Shown piece by piece: positions 31,729 to 40,322 of a DNA stretch of 64,000 nt (the stretch's first letter is position 1; every line of letters starts with the position of its first letter). The position numbers were made by a program, and so were the translations under genes. The notes beneath the pieces were generated by a model, which was not told where the DNA came from, did no database searches, and worked only from the letters and a program-made list of their open reading frames with translations. The stretch lies in contig JASMLP010000027.1 in assembly GCA_030748635.1 (NCBI GenBank), positions 1,227-65,226 of the forward strand, read 5' to 3'. Source of the DNA: Planctomycetota bacterium. Lineage in GTDB: Bacteria; Planctomycetota; JACQVV01; JASMLP01.

Positions 31729-32730
31729 TCAACTATCTGGGGAAGAACTTTTTGGTGAATCGGGATCGGGGACGAATCGGGTTCCCTTATCACCCCTCAG
31801 CGACTGCTTGAAATTTTCAGGACAGGTAATGATCCCCAGGGAACCGCCCGAGTCTATGAAGTTACACATGCCTCGGATCTTGGGCCCCATGCTTCCGGGA
31901 GGGAATTGTCCTTCCGCGAGCAACTGTCGGGCTCGAGATGTCGTTAGTGAGTCCAGGGGAGTTGGATTCGCCGAGCCGAAATCGAGCACGACCTGTTCGA
32001 CCGCGGTGGAGATAAGAAATAGATCCGCTTCGAGTTCGGTGGCCAGCAGGCTGCTGGCAAGGTCTTTATCTATCACAGCGGGAACGCCTCGGAGTGTACC
32101 GTCGGCTTTGCGTACGATGGGGATACCACCTCCTCCTACACAGATGACAATCATGCCGACTTCCAAGAGGTGTTCGATGGCTTCGAGTTCGAAAATCGAT
32201 TGAGGTTCGGGGCTGGGAACCACGCGACGCAAACCGCGACCCGAGTCGTCGATCACGATATGACCCCGTTCACGGTGTTTCTCGGCCTGATCGGGGGTGA
32301 GGAAGGATCCGACCGGTTTGGTGGGGTTGTCGAAGGCCGGGTCTTCCCGATCGACCTCGACCTGGGTGATCAATGTGACGACTTGACGATCAATGGTCCG
32401 CCCTCGACGAACAAATTCATTGTCGATCGCTTGCTGGATCATATACCCGATCGAACCCTGGGTATCGGCGTCGATGACATCGAGAGGAGTGGTGTGCACC
32501 TGATCGGATGCGAGTTCGTTGCGCTCCAGGATGAAGCCCACCTGAGGCCCGTTCCCGTGGGTGAGGACAATGGAGTATCCCTCCTCGATAATGTCGACGA
32601 TCGAGCGGGCGGTATCTCGGACCGCTCGCCACTGATGGCGAACGGTGGTGTGTTCCGCGTCGGCTACCAGGGAGTTACCACCGATGGCGATGACGGCGAG
32701 AGGGCGCGATAAGTTCAGGTGAAGTGTCAT
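31729..32730 (-). CDS. arcC: Carbamate kinase (YqeA/ArcC family)
   Basis: 333 aa. AVIAIGGNSLV, IVLTHGNGPQVG and IVICVGGGGIPIV are carbamate kinase signatures. Confidence 0.85.
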   Translation of the reverse strand: MTLHLNLSRPLAVIAIGGNSLVADAEHTTVRHQWRAVRDTARSIVDIIEEGYSIVLTHGNGPQVGFILERNELASDQVHTTPLDVIDADTQGSIGYMIQQAIDNEFVRRGRTIDRQVVTLITQVEVDREDPAFDNPTKPVGSFLTPDQAEKHRERGHIVIDDSGRGLRRVVPSPEPQSIFELEAIEHLLEVGMIVICVGGGGIPIVRKADGTLRGVPAVIDKDLASSLLATELEADLFLISTAVEQVVLDFGSANPTPLDSLTTSRARQLLAEGQFPPGSMGPKIRGMCNFIDSGGSLGIITCPENFKQSLRGDKGTRFVPDPDSPKSSSPDS

Positions 32731-32747
32731 GGTGGGCTACAAAGAGA

Positions 32748-33728
32748 TCAACGCATGGTCAGCGCCATAGCCGCTTTCTGGACATGCAGTCGATTCTCGG
32801 CTTCGTCGTAGACGACCGATTGAGGACCATCCAAAACCGCATCTGTGACCTCGATCCCCCGGTCGGCGGGAAGGCAGTGCATGTAGATGGCGTCTTCGGC
32901 CGCGAGCGCCATCCGGCGTTCGTCACAGATCCAGTCGCTGTATTTTTCTCCGATCTTCCGGGATTCTTCGTGGTCGCTGGTCGTGAGCATGCATCCCCAG
33001 CTTTTTGGATACACCACATCGGCGTTCGTAAAAGCCGCGTCCATATCGTGAACGATTTCCAGCGAGCCTCCGTGTTGGTTGGCATTCGTGTGGGCTTGTT
33101 CGACGATTTCGGGGACCAGGCTGTATTCCGGGGGGTGGGCCAAGGTGACATCCATGCCAAATCGTGTCATGAGAAGGATCAAACTCTGGGGTACCGAAAT
33201 CGGTTTCTGATAGCTGGATGCGTAGGCCCAACTGACGGCGATCTTTCGGCCTCGCAGATCGGGTCCTTTCTTCTCCTGGATGGTGAGTAGGTCGGCCAGG
33301 ATCTGGAACGGGTGATACAACTCACACTGCATGTTGAGTATGGGAACCCGACTCGCCTCGGCGACATCCCGGATGTACTGGTTCCCGACTCCCCAGTCGC
33401 ACTGTCGGATGGCGATCCCGTCACCATATCGGCCCAGGATCTCTCCGATCTCCCTGGCCGTATCGCCGTGAGAGATCTGAGTCGTGGAGGATTCGATGAA
33501 TTCGCCGTGTCCTCCTAATTGGGCGATTCCCGCTTCGAAGGAAGCGCGGGTGCGAGTGCTCGAAAAAAAGAAGAGAAGCATCAGAACCTTGTCTCGGAGA
33601 AGGGCGTGGGGTTCACCGAGGGCTCGTCGACGCTTCAGATCTCGCGCCACATCGAGCAGCGTTTCGATTTCTTCCCGAGTCCAGTCCTGAGTAGAGATAA
33701 GGTCGCGTCCGCGCAGATCGGTTTGCAT
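32748..33728 (-). CDS. ygeW: YgeW-like knotted carbamoyltransferase (OTC/ATCase superfamily)
   Basis: STRTR carbamoyl-phosphate motif and HCLPA motif. The long block RGRKIAVSWAYASSYQKPISVPQSLILLMTRFGMDVTLAHPPEY..ADVVYPKSW matches, from memory, the E. coli YgeW block KGKKIAMTWAYSPSYGKPLSVPQGIIGLMTRFGMDVTLAHPEGY..ADIVYPKSW. Confidence 0.75.
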   Translation of the reverse strand: MQTDLRGRDLISTQDWTREEIETLLDVARDLKRRRALGEPHALLRDKVLMLLFFFSSTRTRASFEAGIAQLGGHGEFIESSTTQISHGDTAREIGEILGRYGDGIAIRQCDWGVGNQYIRDVAEASRVPILNMQCELYHPFQILADLLTIQEKKGPDLRGRKIAVSWAYASSYQKPISVPQSLILLMTRFGMDVTLAHPPEYSLVPEIVEQAHTNANQHGGSLEIVHDMDAAFTNADVVYPKSWGCMLTTSDHEESRKIGEKYSDWICDERRMALAAEDAIYMHCLPADRGIEVTDAVLDGPQSVVYDEAENRLHVQKAAMALTMR

Positions 33729-33760
33729 GAGATGTTCCTAAATCGTGTAGGTCTGAATGA

Positions 33761-34966
33761 TTAGAGGTGTAAGCCGAGGGTAGAGGGTAGCAGGGCGTAG
33801 AATGCCGTTGCATCCACCACATCGTCCAGAGAAACCTGGTCGAGAACCGTGTGGGCGTGCTCTTCATCTCCGGGACCGAAGCCGATGGAGGGAATGTTGG
33901 CTTTGCCCATCCAGTAGATTCCGTTGGTACTGAAATTCCATTTTCCCGCTGCGCCTTCGCGGTCCCAGAGCTTTTTGATAACTTCGAGGCCTGAGCGAAC
34001 GAGCGGGTGGTCTTCCGGTAGGGACCAGGCCGGAAAGTATTTCTCGACCGGAAAGACGAATCCGGTGTAGCTGGGTTCGTCATAGTGAAGCATCGAGACC
34101 TTGACCTGATCTCGATGTTCTTCGGGAACGAGCGCTTCCACCTGAGCAACGGCTTCTTCCTTGGTTTCGCCGAAAGTGACTCGTCGGTCGATGAGGATGG
34201 TGCATTCATCCGGGACGGCGTTGATCGAGGGGGTCTTCACGGTCTGGTCGCTTACCGTGATTTTTCCCGGCCCCAAGAACGGATCGTCTCCCAGAGAGGG
34301 CTCGAGGTCTCGGATTCCTGCAATGACCGGGAGCATCTTGTAGATTGCGTTGTCACCCAGGTGATTACTGGCGGCGTGTGCGCTCTTTCCCTTGGAGACG
34401 ACTTCCATTTCCACGCGCCCTTTGTGTCCCCGGTAAACTTGCATCCGGGTCGGCTCTCCGATGACCACGAAGTCGGGTCGGATTCCATCCGTTTCGACCA
34501 GGGAGTGGGGGGCGATTCCATCGCACCACTCTTCCATATTCCCATAGTAGTAGAGGGTGCAGTCGTTCATCAGGCCCAGGTCCCGGGCGATGGCGCAAGC
34601 GTAGATCATGGGGGGAGTCGAGCCCTTTTCATCGCAGGCCCCTCGGGCATAGAAGATGCCGTCTTCCACCTTGCCTACGAACGGATCCCAGTCCCACGCC
34701 TCGGGATCGCCGATCCCGACGGTGTCGACATGACTATCGAAAAGGATCTTGCGCGGGCCGTCGCCCATCCGGCCCAGGATATTACCCATGGAGTCCCAGC
34801 GCACTTCGTCGAAACCGAGACGGTTCATCTCCTCGGCGATTCGTTCGCCCACATCTCGCAACTGACTTTCCATGCTGGGTATGGCGCAGATATCTTTGAG
34901 GAACTGGATGATGTCGTCCCGGTAGGCTTCGGTGGCCTCTCGGACGGCTTGGATCGGGTCGGTCAT
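33761..34966 (-). CDS. ygeY: YgeY-like M20 family hydrolase
   Basis: Start at MTDPIQAV (ORF track start 35095). Close collinear resemblance to E. coli YgeY from memory: FLKDICAIPS, HVDTVGIGD, RGACDEKG, VVIGEPT..QVYRGHKGR, GDNAIYKM, NGIYWMGKANIPSIGFGPGDEEHAH. 30-nt overlap with the upstream SsnA-like gene. Confidence 0.8.
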   Translation of the reverse strand: MTDPIQAVREATEAYRDDIIQFLKDICAIPSMESQLRDVGERIAEEMNRLGFDEVRWDSMGNILGRMGDGPRKILFDSHVDTVGIGDPEAWDWDPFVGKVEDGIFYARGACDEKGSTPPMIYACAIARDLGLMNDCTLYYYGNMEEWCDGIAPHSLVETDGIRPDFVVIGEPTRMQVYRGHKGRVEMEVVSKGKSAHAASNHLGDNAIYKMLPVIAGIRDLEPSLGDDPFLGPGKITVSDQTVKTPSINAVPDECTILIDRRVTFGETKEEAVAQVEALVPEEHRDQVKVSMLHYDEPSYTGFVFPVEKYFPAWSLPEDHPLVRSGLEVIKKLWDREGAAGKWNFSTNGIYWMGKANIPSIGFGPGDEEHAHTVLDQVSLDDVVDATAFYALLPSTLGLHL

Positions 34967-34994
34967 GGTTATCTCCTTGGGATAGCTGGCCGTT

Positions 34995-36299
34995 TCAGGA
35001 CAGCTCCTGCATGCGTTTCCAGAGTCGGGCAGCCTCATCGTGAGCTGTACGATGAATGGCCTCGCGGTCCGCGAGGGGAAAGTGCCCACGGTCATAGATC
35101 AAGCGCCCGGCAACGTAGGTGGCCACGCAATCGGAGGCGCTCATGCCAAAGATCAAGTGCCAGGCAAGATTTTCGGAAGTCAGTGGGGTGGGGGATGGGT
35201 AGTCGAGAACGGCCAGATCCGCCGGAGCGTCGGGACGCAAGGTGCCGTAAGGCCGTTCAAAGAGATGCTGGGCCAGTCGATGTCCTCCCGCGATCATACG
35301 CAGGATTCCCTCGGCCAGAAGTGCCCCCCCGGCATCTTGGTTCTTGAAGAACGCTGTTTGGGCTTCCGCGAAAACATCCCCGTCGATCCCGTCGGTTCCC
35401 AGGCCACACCGGATCTCGGGAAAGATTTCGACCGGGGCGTAACCGACGTGGTTATTCATGTTGCTTCGGGCATTGTGAATGAGCCAGCATCCCGAATCAC
35501 GTACTCGTGAGAGTGCGTCCGGGCCGAGATGGGTACCGTGGCCCAGAAGAGCTCCGCCGCCCGCATCGAGAACTCCCGCATCCGCCAACCGGCCGATCAA
35601 TTCTCCATCACCGCCACCTCGAGGAAAGTCACAAGGATCTTCAGCGACGTGGATATGAATCGGAGTTCTCAGGGAGCGGGCGGCCTGAACCAGCTGTTGA
35701 AGAGATTCATCGCCGAGGGTGAAGGAGGCGTGAGCTCCCATCAGGCCTCGAAACCGGGAGTCCGAGCGGGTGGATTCGATGAATCGAATATTTTCGGCCA
35801 GACCGAGATCTCGCTGTTCCGGTCCACCACGATCTGTGATTTCGTAGCAGAGAACACCTCGGATGCCGATTTCTGTAAGTCCTTCCCGGAGCAGTTCGAG
35901 GGAGCCGGGAATCGATTCGGGAGAGGCGTGATGATCGACGAGCATGGTGGTTCCCGAGGCTGCGGCTGCGAGCGCGCCCACCCGACCCGAGGCCGCAATG
36001 GAGCCGGGGTCGAGAGCACGGTCGAGAACCCACCAGATGCGTTGGAGGATCTCGTGGAAGTTTTTCGGGGCCTGGGAGGGGCCTGGCATTCCTCGTGCGA
36101 GAGCGCTGTAGAGGTGCGTGTGGGAGCAGACCAGGCCGGGCAGGATGAGATGCCCATCGAGGTCGACGACCGTTTCCTCCGGCGCGGGTTGGAGACCTTT
36201 TCCGCGCTCCGCGATGGAATCGCCGACGATTCGGATATCCGCTTTCTCGACCGAGGGTGGGTCGAATTCAACCAGAGTGGCGCCGCGAAGAAGTGTCAT
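34995..36299 (-). CDS. ssnA: SsnA-like amidohydrolase (chlorohydrolase/cytosine-deaminase superfamily)
   Basis: 434 aa. Metal-binding HxH in HLILPGLVCSHTHLYSALARGM and an overall amidohydrolase fold. Size and context match SsnA. 4-nt overlap with the upstream ThrC-like gene. Confidence 0.7.
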   Translation of the reverse strand: MTLLRGATLVEFDPPSVEKADIRIVGDSIAERGKGLQPAPEETVVDLDGHLILPGLVCSHTHLYSALARGMPGPSQAPKNFHEILQRIWWVLDRALDPGSIAASGRVGALAAAASGTTMLVDHHASPESIPGSLELLREGLTEIGIRGVLCYEITDRGGPEQRDLGLAENIRFIESTRSDSRFRGLMGAHASFTLGDESLQQLVQAARSLRTPIHIHVAEDPCDFPRGGGDGELIGRLADAGVLDAGGGALLGHGTHLGPDALSRVRDSGCWLIHNARSNMNNHVGYAPVEIFPEIRCGLGTDGIDGDVFAEAQTAFFKNQDAGGALLAEGILRMIAGGHRLAQHLFERPYGTLRPDAPADLAVLDYPSPTPLTSENLAWHLIFGMSASDCVATYVAGRLIYDRGHFPLADREAIHRTAHDEAARLWKRMQELS

Positions 36300-37555
36300 G
36301 ACGGATCTCCGAGAAGAGTTTGAACCGCATCCAGGTCGGGGGAGACGTCCAGAATGGGAGAAGAGCCGGCGGCGGTCATTCGGGCCGACTCCAGCGCGGA
36401 CCGGGTGTCCTTCAGGCCGTTGCCGGTAAGGACCGCGAGGACCGATTCTCCCCGCGCGATGGTTCCTTCATTTCTCGCTCGTTCGATACCCGCTACGGTG
36501 GCCGCGGCCGCAGGCTCTACGAAGACGCCGGCCAGGGAGGCGGTGCGCTTGAGGGCGAGGAGAATCTCCTCATCCGTCACCGTCGCCACGGCGCCGTGGG
36601 CCTCGCGCAGAGCTTTCAGAGCTTTGTGCCCGTTTCTAGGTACACCGACAGCGATCGAGTCCGCCAGTGTGTTCGCCTCGCACGGTTCCAGTGGAGTGTC
36701 GGTACGGAAGGCGTGAGCGATGGGAGCGGCTTGTTCGGCTTGTACCCCAAGGATTCGGGGTAAACGGTCGGCAAATCCCAGTTGATACATTTCTCGGAGA
36801 CCTTTCCAGATGCCCGCGATGGTGCATCCGTCGCCTACCGAGACGGCCACCCAGTCGGGCATGGAGCGCCCCAGGCTTTCGCCGATTTCCAGCCCTGCGG
36901 TTTTCTTTCCCTCGACAAGATGCGGGTTGATGGCGCAATTACGGTTGTACCACCCGTAATGACGGCACGCATCCATAGAGAGCTGGAAACAATCTTCGTA
37001 TGTGCTTTGTACGCGGAGTACCGTGGCTCCGAAGATGGCGAGCTGGGCGAGTTTGGGTTCAGGAGCCCGCTGCGGGACGAAAATAACCGATCGCATGCCC
37101 ACTGAAGCTGCCATTCCGGCCAAGGAACTGGCCGCATTCCCGGTCGACGAGCAGGCGATGGTTGGCTGGTTTTGGGCTCGAGCCACAGCGACTCCGACCG
37201 AACTTGCTCGATCCTTGAAGCTGGCGGTGGGGTTTTGGCCGTCATCTTTGAGCAGTAGGGTTTCCAGTCCGACGGTTCGGGCCAGGGTAGGAGCTGGATA
37301 GATCGGGGTCCCTCCAACAGTCAGCGGTGGGGCATATTCGGCGGAAACGGGTAGAAGTTCGATGTATCTCCAGTGGTCTCTATTTCTTCGAGAGAGCGCT
37401 TCTGCGGTCATCTCTCGACCGATCCGGTCCATGTCATACTCCACGTCGAGGATACCCGAGTCGCCACAGGTCGGGCAGGTCAGGAGGGAGTCGTGGAGGG
37501 GGAACCGACTGGCGCAGAGCGTGCAGATCAGCGATGTAATATGTTCGGTTGTCAT
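36296..37555 (-). CDS. Threonine-synthase-like PLP-dependent enzyme with N-terminal C4 zinc ribbon
   Basis: PLP-lysine motif NPTASFKDRASSVG (ThrC consensus NPTGSFKDRG). N-terminal CTLCASRF..CPTCGDSG. 419 aa. First gene of the operon. Confidence 0.7.
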   Translation of the reverse strand: MTTEHITSLICTLCASRFPLHDSLLTCPTCGDSGILDVEYDMDRIGREMTAEALSRRNRDHWRYIELLPVSAEYAPPLTVGGTPIYPAPTLARTVGLETLLLKDDGQNPTASFKDRASSVGVAVARAQNQPTIACSSTGNAASSLAGMAASVGMRSVIFVPQRAPEPKLAQLAIFGATVLRVQSTYEDCFQLSMDACRHYGWYNRNCAINPHLVEGKKTAGLEIGESLGRSMPDWVAVSVGDGCTIAGIWKGLREMYQLGFADRLPRILGVQAEQAAPIAHAFRTDTPLEPCEANTLADSIAVGVPRNGHKALKALREAHGAVATVTDEEILLALKRTASLAGVFVEPAAAATVAGIERARNEGTIARGESVLAVLTGNGLKDTRSALESARMTAAGSSPILDVSPDLDAVQTLLGDPS

Positions 37556-37656
37556 GTCCGTTTGGTTTGGTGTAGAAGGACGGGAGGCGACATTGTATGG
37601 ATCGCTGGCGTCTAGGACAACGGACCCCTTGAGGTTCTGTATTTGCCTCTTGGGTT

Positions 37657-37685
37657 TTGACTTGAGCGCGAGGGTGTGTTACACA
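37657..37685 (+). promoter_or_regulatory. Putative promoter TTGACT-17nt-TACACA overlapping the palindrome TGTGTTACACA
   Basis: TTGACT at 37657-37662 and TACACA at 37680-37685. Perfect inverted repeat tgtgt-t-acaca at 37675-37685. Upstream of the small gene at 37762. Confidence 0.35.
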
Positions 37686-37761
37686 TTCGCGCCTTTTCCA
37701 CTCTCGAATGTGGGGGAGTGGTTTGTCAGGTATCCAATCGATTCAGCAAGGAGAGACTGCC

Positions 37762-38112
37762 ATGGAGCAGGAAGATCGCGACCGTTATGACACCTTGAAG
37801 GTGGGTACCGAAGAGATGGAATTGACCATCGTGACCGAACCTTTTGTGGTATTCACTCATCGAGGTTATACGCCGGTGATCAATGTAGAGGATAAAGGGG
37901 GAGATCGTTTCACCTTTTTCATATCCTCCTCTTCGGTGGCTCGTGAACTCCAGCCTCTGATCGACGATCGGGGCGGGCGTTTCAAGGATCTCAAGATCCT
38001 GGTCAAGAAAGAGTCGGAAGAGAAATTCGCCAAGTATCAAGTGGCTCGCGCCGAGCCGATCATGATACCCAAGCCGAAAGCCGAGGAGTCCTCTTCCGAG
38101 GAGAGTTCGTGA
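37762..38112 (+). CDS. Small hypothetical protein with an acidic Ser/Glu-rich C-terminal tail
   Basis: Start MEQEDRDRY is preceded by aaggagag. 116 aa. C-terminal EESSSEESS. The stop overlaps the start of the next gene (ATGA). Confidence 0.45.
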   Translation: MEQEDRDRYDTLKVGTEEMELTIVTEPFVVFTHRGYTPVINVEDKGGDRFTFFISSSSVARELQPLIDDRGGRFKDLKILVKKESEEKFAKYQVARAEPIMIPKPKAEESSSEESS

Positions 38113-39467
38113 CAAGACCCGTATCCTCTGAGGATCGGATCGAAACCAAATTGATCCAGACTTTCCTTCGCGGGCGGGTCTGGATCGACTATCTTCCGCA
38201 ACCGCGCGGAATGGTTTACCGGCGGGTTCGAGGGTTTGTGATGTCACATCCCTGGCTTCTCGGAGGGATCCTCGTGCTCCTGCTTGCCGGCGGAACCTGG
38301 GGAGCGCTTGCCCGTTTCAATCCGGAACTGTTGGGGCGGATGACCCACGGTCGTTTCGGTTGGAATCTTCTGGACCTAGGAGCGGCCGCGGTCGTGATAT
38401 TTCAGGCCATTCGGACCCTCGATCGTCGATTTCGGTTTGATGCTCAACAGTTCGCTCTGGATCATTTCTCCGACCTGGTCTATCCGTGGCAGGATACGTA
38501 CCGAAGCATCGAGATCGCCGAGAAGGAGGAGTTGGACCGCTTTGTGATTACGGTAGGGCACCCCCAGCTTCTCGAGGATCGGGTGACTTACGGAATCATG
38601 GTGAGCCGGATCGCGGATATTCTGGCCGGTGGGCGGTTTGGATCGGTACGAAATCTGGACGATTCTGTCCTGCTGGAGATGATGATCGGTCAGAAGTTGG
38701 ACCACGAAGAGCATCAAGCTCGAATGGACCGGCTTCTGAGGCAAGGCGTCCGTTCGCGGTCGCTTCTCAGAGCCGTTCGGAGTCATCGGGCTGGCCAGAA
38801 GGTCTCCGACTCCCGATTTCAGTCCGAGGATCTGGAGATGCTTCTCTACTGGCTAGACCAGAGCCGGTTTCAGTTGCGAATCGATTCGAGTGTACAGATG
38901 GATCACCTGGCCAGTCAGCTTTCGGTCGGATACGTCGACATCAAGGGGGAAGCCGGTCATAACTGTCTTTCCTATATGGGGCTTCATTCCAGTCGTGAAG
39001 ATTTTCCTGTCGCTCTGGTGGGAGGGAATGTGGGGGATAGCCTCGGAACCAACATGCGTCGAGGTTTCATCTACTGCGCCGGGGATGCAGGGAGTGATGT
39101 CGGGAAGACGATGTCGGGGGGTACGATCGTTATTGGGGGTGCGCCTGGAAACCGTTTTGGAAATGAAATGGACGATTCCAATCATCCCAGTGTACTCATC
39201 GCCTATCGGGCTCCGCGGGGATACTTACCGCTGGAGGGGGTTCGTAATGGGCTGATGCTTCTTCTCAATCGGGATGTTGAAGAGGCGCCGAAGTTTCTGC
39301 GTTTTCGGGATGGGGCGCAGGAGGTTCTTCCGGGCGCCGCAATCGACATGGAGTCCCAGTATGAGGCGATTCGAAACTATGTGAACGACTGGAAAGAACT
39401 TCACGGCCCGGTCTGGTTTCCCGGCCCGCAGGAAGCGGTTCCCGTCTCCGAGGCCGATCCGGAATAG
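38109..39467 (+). CDS. Membrane-anchored protein with a C-terminal GXGXG-motif domain (GltB C-terminal / FwdC-like)
   Basis: TM HPWLLGGILVLLLAGGTWGAL. C-terminal VALVGGNVGDSLGTNMRRGFIYCAGDAGSDVGKTMSGGTIVIGGAPGNRFGNEMD contains the repeated G-x-G-x-G pattern of PF01493. The start could alternatively be 38241. Confidence 0.55.
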   Translation: MTRPVSSEDRIETKLIQTFLRGRVWIDYLPQPRGMVYRRVRGFVMSHPWLLGGILVLLLAGGTWGALARFNPELLGRMTHGRFGWNLLDLGAAAVVIFQAIRTLDRRFRFDAQQFALDHFSDLVYPWQDTYRSIEIAEKEELDRFVITVGHPQLLEDRVTYGIMVSRIADILAGGRFGSVRNLDDSVLLEMMIGQKLDHEEHQARMDRLLRQGVRSRSLLRAVRSHRAGQKVSDSRFQSEDLEMLLYWLDQSRFQLRIDSSVQMDHLASQLSVGYVDIKGEAGHNCLSYMGLHSSREDFPVALVGGNVGDSLGTNMRRGFIYCAGDAGSDVGKTMSGGTIVIGGAPGNRFGNEMDDSNHPSVLIAYRAPRGYLPLEGVRNGLMLLLNRDVEEAPKFLRFRDGAQEVLPGAAIDMESQYEAIRNYVNDWKELHGPVWFPGPQEAVPVSEADPE

Positions 39468-39505
39468 TCGGTCCCAGGCTGGCGAGGATGGGGGAACCGG
39501 GTAAG

Positions 39506-40285
39506 CTAACCGAAGTTCCTGACGGCATCGAAGATCAACCAGATGGCGCTTCCCGCGACGATTGTAACCAAGGCACGGTGGAGCCAGACGGTTCCTCGGG
39601 TGGTCGCCAGATGGACGCCGATCGCAGCTCCACTCATGTTTCCCAGGGCAAGAACCAGCCCGATCTCCCAGTGAACCTGGTTCCAGCCGACAAAGAGGAT
39701 CAGGGCCACGGCGGTATAGAGGCCGACCACCATGACCTTGAGAGCGTTTCCCTCCAGAAGATCGGAGCCGGCACCGAGAACGAGGGCGGCCAGAAGGAAG
39801 ACCCCGATGCCCGCCTGGAGAAAACCTCCGTAAATCCCCAACCCGAAAAAGAGTAGAGAGAGTTTATGAGATGGGCGATCGCTGGAAGTGATCGGTTGGA
39901 TTCTCGCCTCGATCCACCGCTTGGGGTCGGCGAGTAGAACGGGCAACATGCCGAGGAAGATCAGCCCCAAGATCAGTCGAAGTAGTTGCGGGTCGATTTG
40001 AATCGCAAGATACGCGCCTACGAGGGAGCCCAGGCAGGCGGGAAGGGCCAGGAGAAGGGCTTTCTTGGGGCGCCCGATACCTTTTCGGTGGAATTGCCAG
40101 GAACCGACCGCGTTTTGCAGTAGAATTGCGATACGGTTCGTGCCGTTGGCGGTGGGAAGATCCAGGCCGAGAAAGAGGAGTATCGGTAGGGTCACCAGGC
40201 TGCCACCACCGGCGACCGTGTTCATGACACCCGCAAAAACCCCACCCAACGAGGCGAGGAGCGCTTCCGTGATTGAGAGGTCCAC
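39506..40285 (-). CDS. TauE/SafE family sulfite/anion exporter (DUF81)
   Basis: 259 aa, 7-8 TM. LGGVFAGVMNTVAGGGSLVTLPILLFLGLDLPTANGTNRI is the TauE/SafE signature. Confidence 0.8.
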   Translation of the reverse strand: MDLSITEALLASLGGVFAGVMNTVAGGGSLVTLPILLFLGLDLPTANGTNRIAILLQNAVGSWQFHRKGIGRPKKALLLALPACLGSLVGAYLAIQIDPQLLRLILGLIFLGMLPVLLADPKRWIEARIQPITSSDRPSHKLSLLFFGLGIYGGFLQAGIGVFLLAALVLGAGSDLLEGNALKVMVVGLYTAVALILFVGWNQVHWEIGLVLALGNMSGAAIGVHLATTRGTVWLHRALVTIVAGSAIWLIFDAVRNFG

Positions 40286-40322
40286 ACCGTATCCTAAGCT
40301 TCAGAGCTTCCGGCAGCAATCG

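Noticed and set aside
31729-37555. Selenocysteine (in-frame TGA) in the SsnA/YgeY-type operon
   Set aside because: Adjacent ORFs in the operon are in different frames and each is full-length relative to its family. No split ORF pattern suggests a readthrough UGA, and no SECIS-like hairpin was apparent.
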